The notes under the pieces are model-generated. The model searched no databases. It was not told where the DNA came from and was given only the letters and a program-made list of their open reading frames with translations. From Candidatus Thorarchaeota archaeon (lineage in GTDB: Archaea > Asgardarchaeota > Thorarchaeia > Thorarchaeales > Thorarchaeaceae): a DNA stretch of 64,000 nt. Where the stretch lies: assembly GCA_019057475.1 (NCBI GenBank), contig DXJO01000010.1, positions 43,460 to 107,459 of the forward strand, read 5' to 3'. The translations under genes and the position numbers were made by a program. Each line of letters starts with the position of its first letter. Position 1 is the first letter of the stretch. Shown here piece by piece: positions 19,164 to 27,935 of this stretch.

Positions 19164-19928
19164 TCATAGCAGAGCTTGCAGTTCCTTCAGAATAACATCT
19201 CTCGCCATCTTGGGACTAATCTTATCGTAGGCTGCACGTTTGAGAACTCTTAGTCGGATGATGGATACTTCTCGGTTTCCACGTAACTCGGGGTGATTCT
19301 GAAGAAATCCTGATACCGTGTTTCTAGTGGCAAGGTCCAGCTTTTCGAATTCATTATCACCTGCAAGAGTTGACTTCGGTTGCCTGATGACTTCGAGTGA
19401 GCGAATGGTATTCACAATTTCGCTGACAGTAGAATCAAGATCAGGAGTGGACATATCCACTTCAGCAAGGGGGCAATCCCACAGGTATCGAGCCCCGGGT
19501 CTGTCGAATCTTTCACTGATTCGTTGGATGACATGATCCGGAATCCTTGTGCCGGGTCTCTCTCTATTCCACTTGAGTGCCTCTTCAAGGGGCGTTGTCA
19601 CATGGATTATCCCAAATGCACACTTCGCGTCAATAGCGATCTCTAGAAGCTCATGCCGCATGCTATTGTAGTAATTTGTATCGTCGTGAATCACACTCTT
19701 TCCTTTGCTAACGAGCGTTTCCACTCTTGCTAATGCAGCCTGACGTACCTCACCCTCCTTCTCCGGCACGAAATCTGAGTAGTAGGTATCATCTCGCCAT
19801 TCATCAGTTCTGACAACCTCAACTTCAGGCCCTTTCGAATGAACTGCTAATCTAATTGCATCTGCCAGAGATGATTTTCCAGATGCTGGTAGCCCACAAA
19901 GGGCTAGTATGAACTGATTCATTGGCAA
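19164..19928 (-). CDS. pstk: L-seryl-tRNA(Sec) kinase (PSTK).
   Basis: ALCGLPASGKSS P-loop, VIHDDTNYYNSMR, RERPGTRIP and FDRPG are colinear with archaeal PSTK as I recall the MJ1538 sequence. Confidence 0.8.
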   Translation of the reverse strand: MPMNQFILALCGLPASGKSSLADAIRLAVHSKGPEVEVVRTDEWRDDTYYSDFVPEKEGEVRQAALARVETLVSKGKSVIHDDTNYYNSMRHELLEIAIDAKCAFGIIHVTTPLEEALKWNRERPGTRIPDHVIQRISERFDRPGARYLWDCPLAEVDMSTPDLDSTVSEIVNTIRSLEVIRQPKSTLAGDNEFEKLDLATRNTVSGFLQNHPELRGNREVSIIRLRVLKRAAYDKISPKMARDVILKELQALL

Positions 19929-20009
19929 TCTGCCACGTCAAGAAATCGCTTTCAAATGAACTTAGCGAAATACAAAGAAATGAAGAGTGATTGGGGAATT
20001 TCCCAACCA

Positions 20010-20951
20010 CTATGGTTTGATTGTGATTTGGAGGTTAATAGCGAGATCCTTGTAGCGGTTTCTCACCGTGACTTCTGTCACGTTGGATGCCTCTGCAATC
20101 TCACGCTGCGTGCGTCTGTCATTCTCGATGATACCAGCAATGTACAACGCTGCAGCCGCCAGACCACCCGGATCCTTGCCTGCGGTGAGGCCTCTAGCCC
20201 TCGCATTGTTGATTATACCTATTGCAGTCTGGACTGTCTTGCCCTCCAATGCTAGGTCTGAGGATATTCTAGGCATTAGGTCGTTTGCAGATGCTAGGGG
20301 AACCTTCAATTTGACGTTGCGTAGGATAAGCCTTACGCACTGGCCAAGCTCCTTCCTGTTGATTCTCGCCTCAGTCACTACCTCATCCAACTGGCGCGGA
20401 ATCTTGTGAATTCTGCACGAGAGGTAAATCGATGCCGCAACCATTCCCTCAATGCTCCTACCTCTGACCAACCGTGTGTTCAGGGCTTTCCGGTAAACGA
20501 GGGCCGCTGTTTCCTTGGTTTCATGAGGAACGCCCAGTTGGGATGTAAGGCGATCCATCTCACTCATTGCGATGCTGAGATTCCTGTGTTGAGAGCTGTG
20601 CACCATGGTCCGAATTTGCCACTTGCGCATTCGATAGATTGCTGCACGCTGGCTAGCTGCAATTGAGCGTCCGCTGGCATCTCTATCGCTCCAACCAATG
20701 GTCGTTGCAAGACCCTTGTCTGCCATCGTTAGTGTCATTGGTGAACCTGTTCTGGCTCGAGCATTTCTCTCTTCAGCAGTGAATGCTCTCCATTCGGGAC
20801 CAGTATCTACATGCCTATCACTGATCACACACCCGCACGACGTGCAGGTTTTCTCACCCCGGCTGCTGTCTTGGTAAAACTCGTTGCCACCACAGATGGT
20901 GCAAACTCTCATACCTGTTTTTCTATCTATAGCACGGACTGGTTTCGCCAT
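20010..20951 (-). CDS. tfb: Transcription initiation factor IIB (TFB), paralog 2.
   Basis: Zn ribbon CTICGG...CTSCGC plus cyclin repeats. About 55% identical to the TFB at 2177..3145. Confidence 0.9.
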   Translation of the reverse strand: MAKPVRAIDRKTGMRVCTICGGNEFYQDSSRGEKTCTSCGCVISDRHVDTGPEWRAFTAEERNARARTGSPMTLTMADKGLATTIGWSDRDASGRSIAASQRAAIYRMRKWQIRTMVHSSQHRNLSIAMSEMDRLTSQLGVPHETKETAALVYRKALNTRLVRGRSIEGMVAASIYLSCRIHKIPRQLDEVVTEARINRKELGQCVRLILRNVKLKVPLASANDLMPRISSDLALEGKTVQTAIGIINNARARGLTAGKDPGGLAAAALYIAGIIENDRRTQREIAEASNVTEVTVRNRYKDLAINLQITIKP

Positions 20952-21268
20952 GTATGTTCACCTATTCGTCTTCCTCTCTGGATGTGGTCCCACAAAAGGG
21001 CCTACAATCAGCGATTAAAACTGCACTCCGAGAAGAAGCGCCTCGCGAATCGCAGGACTTTCTGTATATAAGTGTAAGCATCGGTCCTCTGATGTACTAG
21101 CCTTGTCGCTTATTCTTTCAGAGAAAAACACTATATCCTCACTATATACAAGGATTTGACACAAAATGCACCTATGCTCCGGGATTAGAACACCAACGTG
21201 GGAGTCCTGAACACGACCCCGATGGACGGAACCGACCCGTTCTTATTCGGGTAGAGGTTTGTACTACC

Positions 21269-22153
21269 ATGCCAAAGGCGAAGGTCAATAACACAGAGAT
21301 TGAGTATGAAACAATCGGGGACCCCATCTCGAAACCGCTGCTATTGATAGCGGGACTGGGAAGTCAGATGCTTGCTTGGTCGGATGAGTTGTGCGAAAGT
21401 CTTGCAAATCGCGGTTTCTTTGTCATCAGATTCGACAACCGAGATGTGGGCTTGTCAACGAAATTTGAAGATGCAGGTTTGCCGGATTTTGTGAAGATTA
21501 ATGATGCCTATGCTCGTGGAGAAAAACCCGATGTACCATACACTTTAGAGGACATGGCCGGTGATGCCGTTGGTGTCTTGGATGCTCTGAATATAGATAA
21601 GGCACACGTCTGCGGTGCTTCCATGGGTGGAATGATCGCACAGGTTCTAGCATATAGACATCCATCTCGGGTGCAATCTCTCACGTTAATCATGAGCACG
21701 ACTGGAAATCCCGACCTACCACAAGGGAAGCCAGAAATCATGGCGCAATTCTTTGCACCCGTTCCTTCCGAACGCGAGGCATTTATTGAAGAAACGGTCC
21801 GGCGAGGTCGTCTCATACACGGCACTTTTGCTTATGATGAGGATCAATCAAAAGAGTATAGAGCAAAAGAGTACGACCGCAGTTATTATCCCGAAGGGAC
21901 AATACGCCAATTAGCAGCAATGGCTGTTCCCGGTAATCTGAAACCCGAACTTGCTGCAATACGAGCGCCTACGCTTGTTATCCATGGGAGGGAAGATCCA
22001 TTTTACCCTGTTGAAGCAGGTAACGACATCGCAACAGCGATACCCGGAGCGGAATTATTGATTTTGGATGGAATGGGACATAGTTTTCCTCATGAAGTCA
22101 TGCCACGTATTGTAACCGCACTAGTTGAGAATAGCAACAAGAATGGCAATTAG
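21269..22153 (+). CDS. Alpha/beta-hydrolase fold protein.
   Basis: GASMGG nucleophile elbow and an HG-type oxyanion region. A C-terminal His is present. Confidence 0.6.
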   Translation: MPKAKVNNTEIEYETIGDPISKPLLLIAGLGSQMLAWSDELCESLANRGFFVIRFDNRDVGLSTKFEDAGLPDFVKINDAYARGEKPDVPYTLEDMAGDAVGVLDALNIDKAHVCGASMGGMIAQVLAYRHPSRVQSLTLIMSTTGNPDLPQGKPEIMAQFFAPVPSEREAFIEETVRRGRLIHGTFAYDEDQSKEYRAKEYDRSYYPEGTIRQLAAMAVPGNLKPELAAIRAPTLVIHGREDPFYPVEAGNDIATAIPGAELLILDGMGHSFPHEVMPRIVTALVENSNKNGN

Positions 22154-22277
22154 AAAGTACACTAATCATATACAAAGAGTTAGTCAAACTATAACAAACC
22201 TACAGACTTTCAATCTGTAATCTGTGCTCATTTCAGGTGATAATAGCGTAGTTCAATAGATATTAAGTAAAACAGCC

Positions 22278-23219
22278 TTGCAAACCTACCCAAACCAACT
22301 GGGAGGTCTTTGGATGAATACACGCTCTGATTCCAGTCGATTCAGTATCATTACCAATCCGACCGATGATGAGGTGAAAGAATTCCAGAAAGGATTAGAC
22401 GCCTATAATATGGGACGGACTAATGGAGAGTTCAATAGTCCTAAAGACTGGATTAGTCTAGTTCTCAAAGACGATGAGGGTAATATCGTAGGAGGGATTA
22501 CGACTAGTACGATATTCTGGGCCCAGTATCTTGAGGTTCTCTGGGTAAATGATAAATATCGAGGACTTGGTTATGGAAGAGACCTCGTTCTTGAAGCAGA
22601 GAGATTAGCGAAGAAAAACGGATGCATAACCTCACACACGTATACGTTTTCGTGGCAAGCACCTGATTTCTATCAAGCAGTTGGGTACAAGCTCATAGCT
22701 ACCTATGAAGGATACATCGATGGCATTACAGAACTTATCCTTATGAAACGACTAGATACGATTGATAATGTATCAACCCAGAAGGTAGATTCCACTCGAT
22801 TTGCTATCTCTGAAGATTCGACTGAGGAATCACTGAGCATTGTCCGCAAAGGGCTCGGAAGTAATTTTGACCAGCACGTTAGTGATTCGCTTAAGGAACA
22901 TCCCCAAATCAGATACAAATTGGTCATTAAGAACGATGATGAGCAAGTGATTGGAGGACTGTGTGGTTATACTATCCTTGGGACCATGAATATAGAAGGA
23001 CTCTGGGTTGATGAGAGATATCGTGGTCAAGGTTATGGAACGGATCTCTTAATGCATGCAGAAAAACTTGCTAAAGAGAAAGGTTGTATTGCGGGCCAGA
23101 TAGCGTGCTTTTCATTTCAGGAACTTGATTTCTTGAAGAAACATGGATACAATACACACGGAGTTTCAGATGGGTATCCAGATGAAGTTAAGGAGTACTA
23201 TCTCATCAAGAAGTTTTAG
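22278..23219 (+). CDS. Tandem GNAT N-acetyltransferase.
   Basis: Two GNAT cores (RGLGYGRDLVLEAERLAKKNGC and RGQGYGTDLLMHAEKLAKEKGC). The gene is AT-richer than its neighbourhood. Confidence 0.6.
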   Translation: MQTYPNQLGGLWMNTRSDSSRFSIITNPTDDEVKEFQKGLDAYNMGRTNGEFNSPKDWISLVLKDDEGNIVGGITTSTIFWAQYLEVLWVNDKYRGLGYGRDLVLEAERLAKKNGCITSHTYTFSWQAPDFYQAVGYKLIATYEGYIDGITELILMKRLDTIDNVSTQKVDSTRFAISEDSTEESLSIVRKGLGSNFDQHVSDSLKEHPQIRYKLVIKNDDEQVIGGLCGYTILGTMNIEGLWVDERYRGQGYGTDLLMHAEKLAKEKGCIAGQIACFSFQELDFLKKHGYNTHGVSDGYPDEVKEYYLIKKF

Positions 23220-23290
23220 AGAAGGCTAGGTGGACATCCACAGAGAACTTCGCGAGTGCCCACCTGTTGTCAAATGTTTAGTTTGCTTGA

Positions 23291-23872
23291 CTAAGCTAGG
23301 CAAGCAATTTCAGTCACGACAGCTTCTGGTATGATGTGGATGTTTCCGTAGTATGTGTGGTTGGTTTCAGAAACCTCTGTCTTGGCACGTGCGATTTTAA
23401 TGAGGCCATTGCTCTTTCCTAGCAGGTAGCCAGCTATATACTGCAATGGCACTTGCTGCTTGTTGGCTTCTTCCTTGCTCATTGAGCAACACTCGACACC
23501 TGGACTCATGAAGGTCACCTCAACCATCTCATGCTCACCGCAGTTGTCCACGCGGTTGAGATGCTTGGTTCTCTCCTTGATCTGGTTCTTCCCTTGAATT
23601 CTGTGTACTTCATTCGCAGCGTAATGGAAAGGCTCACCCTTGAGTCTATGGATTGACGGCACAACATACATGGTTGTATCATTCAATGCTTCCACACTAT
23701 CATCACCACTATCCACGTAGGTCTTGTCCGAACTCTCGCCGACCAAGTACCGCACATGGTAGTGCTTGGCATCTACATTCTTGAACTCGTCAGCCTTGTC
23801 ATCCTTGATGCTAACGGATGTGTTTGCCCATAGTTCGACGGGCACAAATGGGTTTACTGTATTGTCTTTCAT
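23291..23872 (-). CDS. Hypothetical protein (possible cupin-like).
   Basis: ORF only. Confidence 0.3.
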   Translation of the reverse strand: MKDNTVNPFVPVELWANTSVSIKDDKADEFKNVDAKHYHVRYLVGESSDKTYVDSGDDSVEALNDTTMYVVPSIHRLKGEPFHYAANEVHRIQGKNQIKERTKHLNRVDNCGEHEMVEVTFMSPGVECCSMSKEEANKQQVPLQYIAGYLLGKSNGLIKIARAKTEVSETNHTYYGNIHIIPEAVVTEIACLA

Positions 23873-23905
23873 TGATAATCACCGCTTAACGATGGTTAAT
23901 ACTGC

Positions 23906-24565
23906 ATGTACTTAACGATGGTTATTTATAAGCTTTACGTTATAAACGCAACAGCACAAGTGGTGACGTCTATGTTCGAGCATCTAGCTATTGTTGCATC
24001 TGTCACAATCTTTGGCATTCAGCACAGCGGCATCTCGGCTCTCCGAGTGAAGCACTGGATCATTGACAGATGGGGGCAGAAAGGTTACTCTAGGATTTTC
24101 AATGTCACCTCCGTTCTAGCTCTAATCCCGGCTTCCTTGTCTCTCAACTACTGGGACTGGCTCTACTTTCTTCAATCTCCTGAACTAGTCAATCCTCTTC
24201 TCTTCCTTTCAGGAGTAATTCTTCTGGCGCTTGGCGTTGTGGTTGCCATATTGGCATCAAGGTCAATCTCAGTGAGCACAGTTGCAGATATGCGAACTGA
24301 CCGCAAGCCAGCTCTTGTGACCGGCGGACTCTATGCTCGAACGAGACATCCCCTCTACCTCGCGACTATCTTGTTCTTGTTGTCATTAGTCGCTTTCTAC
24401 CCGTTCTCCAACATACTAACGTTCTCATTGGCTTTCGTTGTCTATGTAGTCATAGGTGGATATCTCGAAGAGCGCAAGCTTGTTATTCAATATGGGACAG
24501 AGTATCTTACCTACCGTAAGACGACTGGTTTCCTATTGCCACGACTAAGTTCTCGGAATGACTGA
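23906..24565 (+). CDS. Isoprenylcysteine carboxyl methyltransferase (ICMT/PEMT) family membrane methyltransferase.
   Basis: ALVTGGLYARTRHPLYLA ... EE.L motif and multiple TM helices. Confidence 0.55.
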   Translation: MYLTMVIYKLYVINATAQVVTSMFEHLAIVASVTIFGIQHSGISALRVKHWIIDRWGQKGYSRIFNVTSVLALIPASLSLNYWDWLYFLQSPELVNPLLFLSGVILLALGVVVAILASRSISVSTVADMRTDRKPALVTGGLYARTRHPLYLATILFLLSLVAFYPFSNILTFSLAFVVYVVIGGYLEERKLVIQYGTEYLTYRKTTGFLLPRLSSRND

Positions 24566-24579
24566 ACCGGTAATCGTGG

Positions 24580-25026
24580 TCATTTGAGCATTGATTCCAG
24601 CTTAGAAAGATGTCTGGCTCTCTTAACTGCCTTGGGTGAAACTTGGTGCACCTTACCCTTTTCAACAACGAAATGGGCCGTTTCGATGTCCGGCGTAAAG
24701 TGACTCTTCAAGTCCTCTACGACGAAATGAAGCTGTACGCAATGTGGGCTGCCATCCACAGTCAAGACTGTGACCTTATTCATTTTTGAGTATCTGATGA
24801 TTGAGCCTATTTTGAAGCCCGCGTGGTTAACGTGCATCTCTTCCAAGCAAACGTGCAAGACTGCCTGACCCCCATCCTTCTCTCTGTACTCCTCAACTAT
24901 ACTTGGGAATCGACTATTCATGCAGCTGCCAACCAACAATAGCTGCCCTTTTTCTCTCAGCCTTCGATCGCCCACGTTTATGCTCATTAGGTTCTCATCG
25001 CAGTGGCATCCGCACAAGCCTACCAT
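24580..25026 (-). CDS. Hypothetical protein with an N-terminal CGCHC motif.
   Basis: MVGLCGCHCDE... GGAGG is immediately 5' of the ATG. Confidence 0.35.
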   Translation of the reverse strand: MVGLCGCHCDENLMSINVGDRRLREKGQLLLVGSCMNSRFPSIVEEYREKDGGQAVLHVCLEEMHVNHAGFKIGSIIRYSKMNKVTVLTVDGSPHCVQLHFVVEDLKSHFTPDIETAHFVVEKGKVHQVSPKAVKRARHLSKLESMLK

Positions 25027-25961
25027 TTCCTCCTGATGGGTTTAGGCCTGTCCTCTTCATGCTCTTTTTCTATCCATTGATCAACGAGTGGTGGCGCAAT
25101 TCGTGCAATGAGGTCTCCTTCGAAGACGTAGTTCATCTTGCTCACTGAGATGATGGTCCCCTCATGTGGTGACAGAACAGGATCCTTGTCCTGAACTTGA
25201 CCTATCGCCTCGTCACGTCTAACATCTTCGCCCGGATTAACAATGGGAACGAAGAAGCCCTCTGTGTCAACATTGATGTGCTGAACTCTTCCAGCAAGAG
25301 TGTTTGAAACATCTATGCTCTCTCCGGAGAGTATACCCTTGATTCGTAGGAAGTTGAGAATAGCTTCTCTCACCTGAACCGCAGCCTGCGGTTCGACTTG
25401 GCTCCTCTCCCCTCTCATCTCAATTGTCACGACAGGTATTCCCTCGTGTGCCACTTCGGTGGTAAGCGCGCCTCTCTGACCTGAGCTCTGAACAACTAGC
25501 GGCAGCCCGATTTGGGATGCAAGGTTTCGCACGTGGATGTACTTTCGGTGCATGGCCTCAATGTGACTTACGCAGGATTGATGCCCTGTCCGCAAGTGAA
25601 TGACATAATCTGCTTGTGAGGCTTTTCTCCATATTTCCCATGCTATTCTATCACTGACTGTTCCATGCTCGCTACCTGGGAACAGCGTATCAAGATCCTT
25701 TGAATCAAGTGGGGAGACCCTTGTGCCAAGCCTGAATGCAAGTGGATTCGCAACTGGGAGTAGTGTCACCGATCCGTTCACCCTGCCCAGACTCTCGAGA
25801 TGTTTCATCAGCAGGTAGCTCGAGTATACACAAGTAGCTGATAGGCCGTCCATTGCTGACACTATCAGTACGTTTGGTCGTTCTGTGCCGTATGTATAGA
25901 GCCCAAGGGCAGTGCCTGTCTTAGGGTCTATATCAACCGCATCAACTATTGCCTTCACCAT
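25020..25961 (-). CDS. Succinylglutamate desuccinylase/aspartoacylase (AstE/AspA) family protein.
   Basis: Zn-carboxypeptidase-like core with a C-terminal hybrid-barrel-like tail. Confidence 0.5.
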   Translation of the reverse strand: MVKAIVDAVDIDPKTGTALGLYTYGTERPNVLIVSAMDGLSATCVYSSYLLMKHLESLGRVNGSVTLLPVANPLAFRLGTRVSPLDSKDLDTLFPGSEHGTVSDRIAWEIWRKASQADYVIHLRTGHQSCVSHIEAMHRKYIHVRNLASQIGLPLVVQSSGQRGALTTEVAHEGIPVVTIEMRGERSQVEPQAAVQVREAILNFLRIKGILSGESIDVSNTLAGRVQHINVDTEGFFVPIVNPGEDVRRDEAIGQVQDKDPVLSPHEGTIISVSKMNYVFEGDLIARIAPPLVDQWIEKEHEEDRPKPIRRKW

Positions 25962-26041
25962 TGAGAGGCCTTCTACGGGCTTATGAAATCGACATCTCGC
26001 AGAAGGATAAGAAAACGAGTAACACAGATTCTCACGTGGTA

Positions 26042-26707
26042 TCAGTTCTCAAACCAAGATGTATCACAGTTGAACAAGAAGATATCAGTACGAAATTCTT
26101 TGGCGGCAAATCTGTCATGGCGACTTAGAGCGTAGCGAGTACGTCTTCTAAGGTGCGGGATGTCGAAGAGGTCTGGATGTCCGCATTTGTCCGGATTACC
26201 AATCCATACCACTGGCACTCCGCTCTCCACGATGTCGATGGCAGTCATAGACCACTGTGGCTCCCAACAGACTATCACAAGAGAGGGGTTATGGTGGCCG
26301 ATAGCCTTCAGAGCATCTATTTTCTCGATATGCTTTGGATATGCAATGTCGTAGCGATCTGATTTGGCATCTGTAACGATTATCTTTCTCTCAATCCATT
26401 GGGTCAAAAAGTAAGAGAGTCGACCATCTCCGCTCATTACCTCTAGTATGGGGCCCTTGTTGCCAGTTTCTTTCAGGACTATGTTCATCACGTGCACGAG
26501 CTCACGCACGAATTCCTCATTGAATATCTGGAATAGCCATCGTCCGCCAGCGTTTGAGCCGCTGCAGTATTCCCTCACGTTGAATTCCCTTTCAACAGTT
26601 TCAAGCAGCTCAAGGGCACGAGAGTAGGGGATCAGCTCACTATGAACATCCACGAACTCCCCGTTAGAGGCTCTTGTCCAATCATCTGTTGGGCGCATCT
26701 TGTGCAT
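26042..26707 (-). CDS. Putative class I SAM-dependent methyltransferase-like protein.
   Basis: ILEVMSGDGRLS glycine-rich motif I. Confidence 0.4.
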   Translation of the reverse strand: MHKMRPTDDWTRASNGEFVDVHSELIPYSRALELLETVEREFNVREYCSGSNAGGRWLFQIFNEEFVRELVHVMNIVLKETGNKGPILEVMSGDGRLSYFLTQWIERKIIVTDAKSDRYDIAYPKHIEKIDALKAIGHHNPSLVIVCWEPQWSMTAIDIVESGVPVVWIGNPDKCGHPDLFDIPHLRRRTRYALSRHDRFAAKEFRTDIFLFNCDTSWFEN

Positions 26708-26809
26708 CTGTCCCCTTTGTGCTGAATTTCTATTGGAGAACTAGACACGATTCAAAAGAGTATCTGTGTTACTGTGGACTTCGGCCCGTATTAGACAACA
26801 ATTCTTATC

Positions 26810-27794
26810 GGCCCTGTTGAAAAAGTCACCTCCCGGCACACTCCAAGAAGTTGAGGCGTTCGATGTTGTGCAACACCACCTTGATCAGCAGCTCTCTTCG
26901 CCGCTCCATCCAACCCCTCGAACTCAGACTTCCTCCGTATCTCAGCTTCATCATGCCGAACACGGTTTCCACAAGGCTCCTTCTCCCGTACTGATGAGCT
27001 CTCTTCCACTCCTCAGGGTCTGCTCGATACTCCCTCATCAACCTCCCATATGCCCAGTGACTCTTTGAGTTGATGCTCGAAGTGCTCTTTGGCTCGATGG
27101 CGGGATATGCACCGATATCAGCTATGAACTGGACATTCCTCCTTGAGATGTATGCCTTGTCACCATAGACGGTCTCAAGACTACTCTTTGAGACCCTCCT
27201 GACCAGTGGGACCATGAACATTGGATCACCTCCCGGCTTACCTCTGACCCGAGTCGCATGGATCAACAGGGTGTCAGTGTCCACTGCGTTGTGAAGTGCA
27301 TGGAAACGCCTTCTACGGCTCTTCCTCAACCTCACAGAGAACCACTCTCCCCCAGTGGAGTGTGAGAACCCGGAGGAGTCCACGGCAATGTTCTCTGGAG
27401 GAGGTCTCTTCCGGGCAAGAAGTTCGTACATTCGATGAAGGAGTCCTGTGTCGACACGGGTCAGTGCCTTCTGAAGCAGGGAGTAGCTGGGAGCTCTCTC
27501 AAGGCCAAGATGGCTCAACAAGTGGGGGTTGAAGTTGACATGGGCTACGAAGTCACGGTAGCTGAGTCCGAGGTCGAACTTGAGTCCGAGAAGAACAAAG
27601 AGAGTGGGGAGCGGGAACTCGACAGGTCGACCGTGTCTGGATCTGGTGTCGGGGATGGTATTGCAAAGGCTGATAAGTTCGTTGAGCAGAAAGTGATAAC
27701 GGCGAGCCTTGGCCGCATCATGTGATGCATGGTAGGACATGAATCATGTGACGTTGCTGACTCGCCTCTGAATTCTTGTATTATTCAACAGGGC
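26810..27794. mobile_element. IS4/IS5-like insertion sequence, about 985 bp.
   Basis: 12-bp terminal inverted repeats GGCCCTGTTGAA (26810-26821) and TTCAACAGGGCC (27783-27794). They are flanked by a 9-bp direct repeat ATTCTTATC (26801-26809 and 27795-27803). Confidence 0.75.
26826..27740 (-). CDS. DDE transposase (IS4/IS5 family).
   Basis: AVDSSGF ... GDKAYISRRN ... SLVETVFGMMK residues form a DDE triad. Confidence 0.8.
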   Translation of the reverse strand: MSYHASHDAAKARRYHFLLNELISLCNTIPDTRSRHGRPVEFPLPTLFVLLGLKFDLGLSYRDFVAHVNFNPHLLSHLGLERAPSYSLLQKALTRVDTGLLHRMYELLARKRPPPENIAVDSSGFSHSTGGEWFSVRLRKSRRRRFHALHNAVDTDTLLIHATRVRGKPGGDPMFMVPLVRRVSKSSLETVYGDKAYISRRNVQFIADIGAYPAIEPKSTSSINSKSHWAYGRLMREYRADPEEWKRAHQYGRRSLVETVFGMMKLRYGGSLSSRGWMERRRELLIKVVLHNIERLNFLECAGR

Positions 27795-27935
27795 CATTCT
27801 TATCCAAAAGTCTAATAGGGAGTTTCCTGAATCAGGAGTCTAGGTGAGCTAGAATGAGGTATTGTGTTCTCTAAACGTGAAAAATCCTTCACACACATAC
27901 CCAAACAGGCTCACAAGCATTGACTACTGAGGATA

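Noticed and set aside
27296-27730. ORFs on the + strand inside the IS element.
   Set aside because: They are antisense to the DDE transposase and have no motifs.
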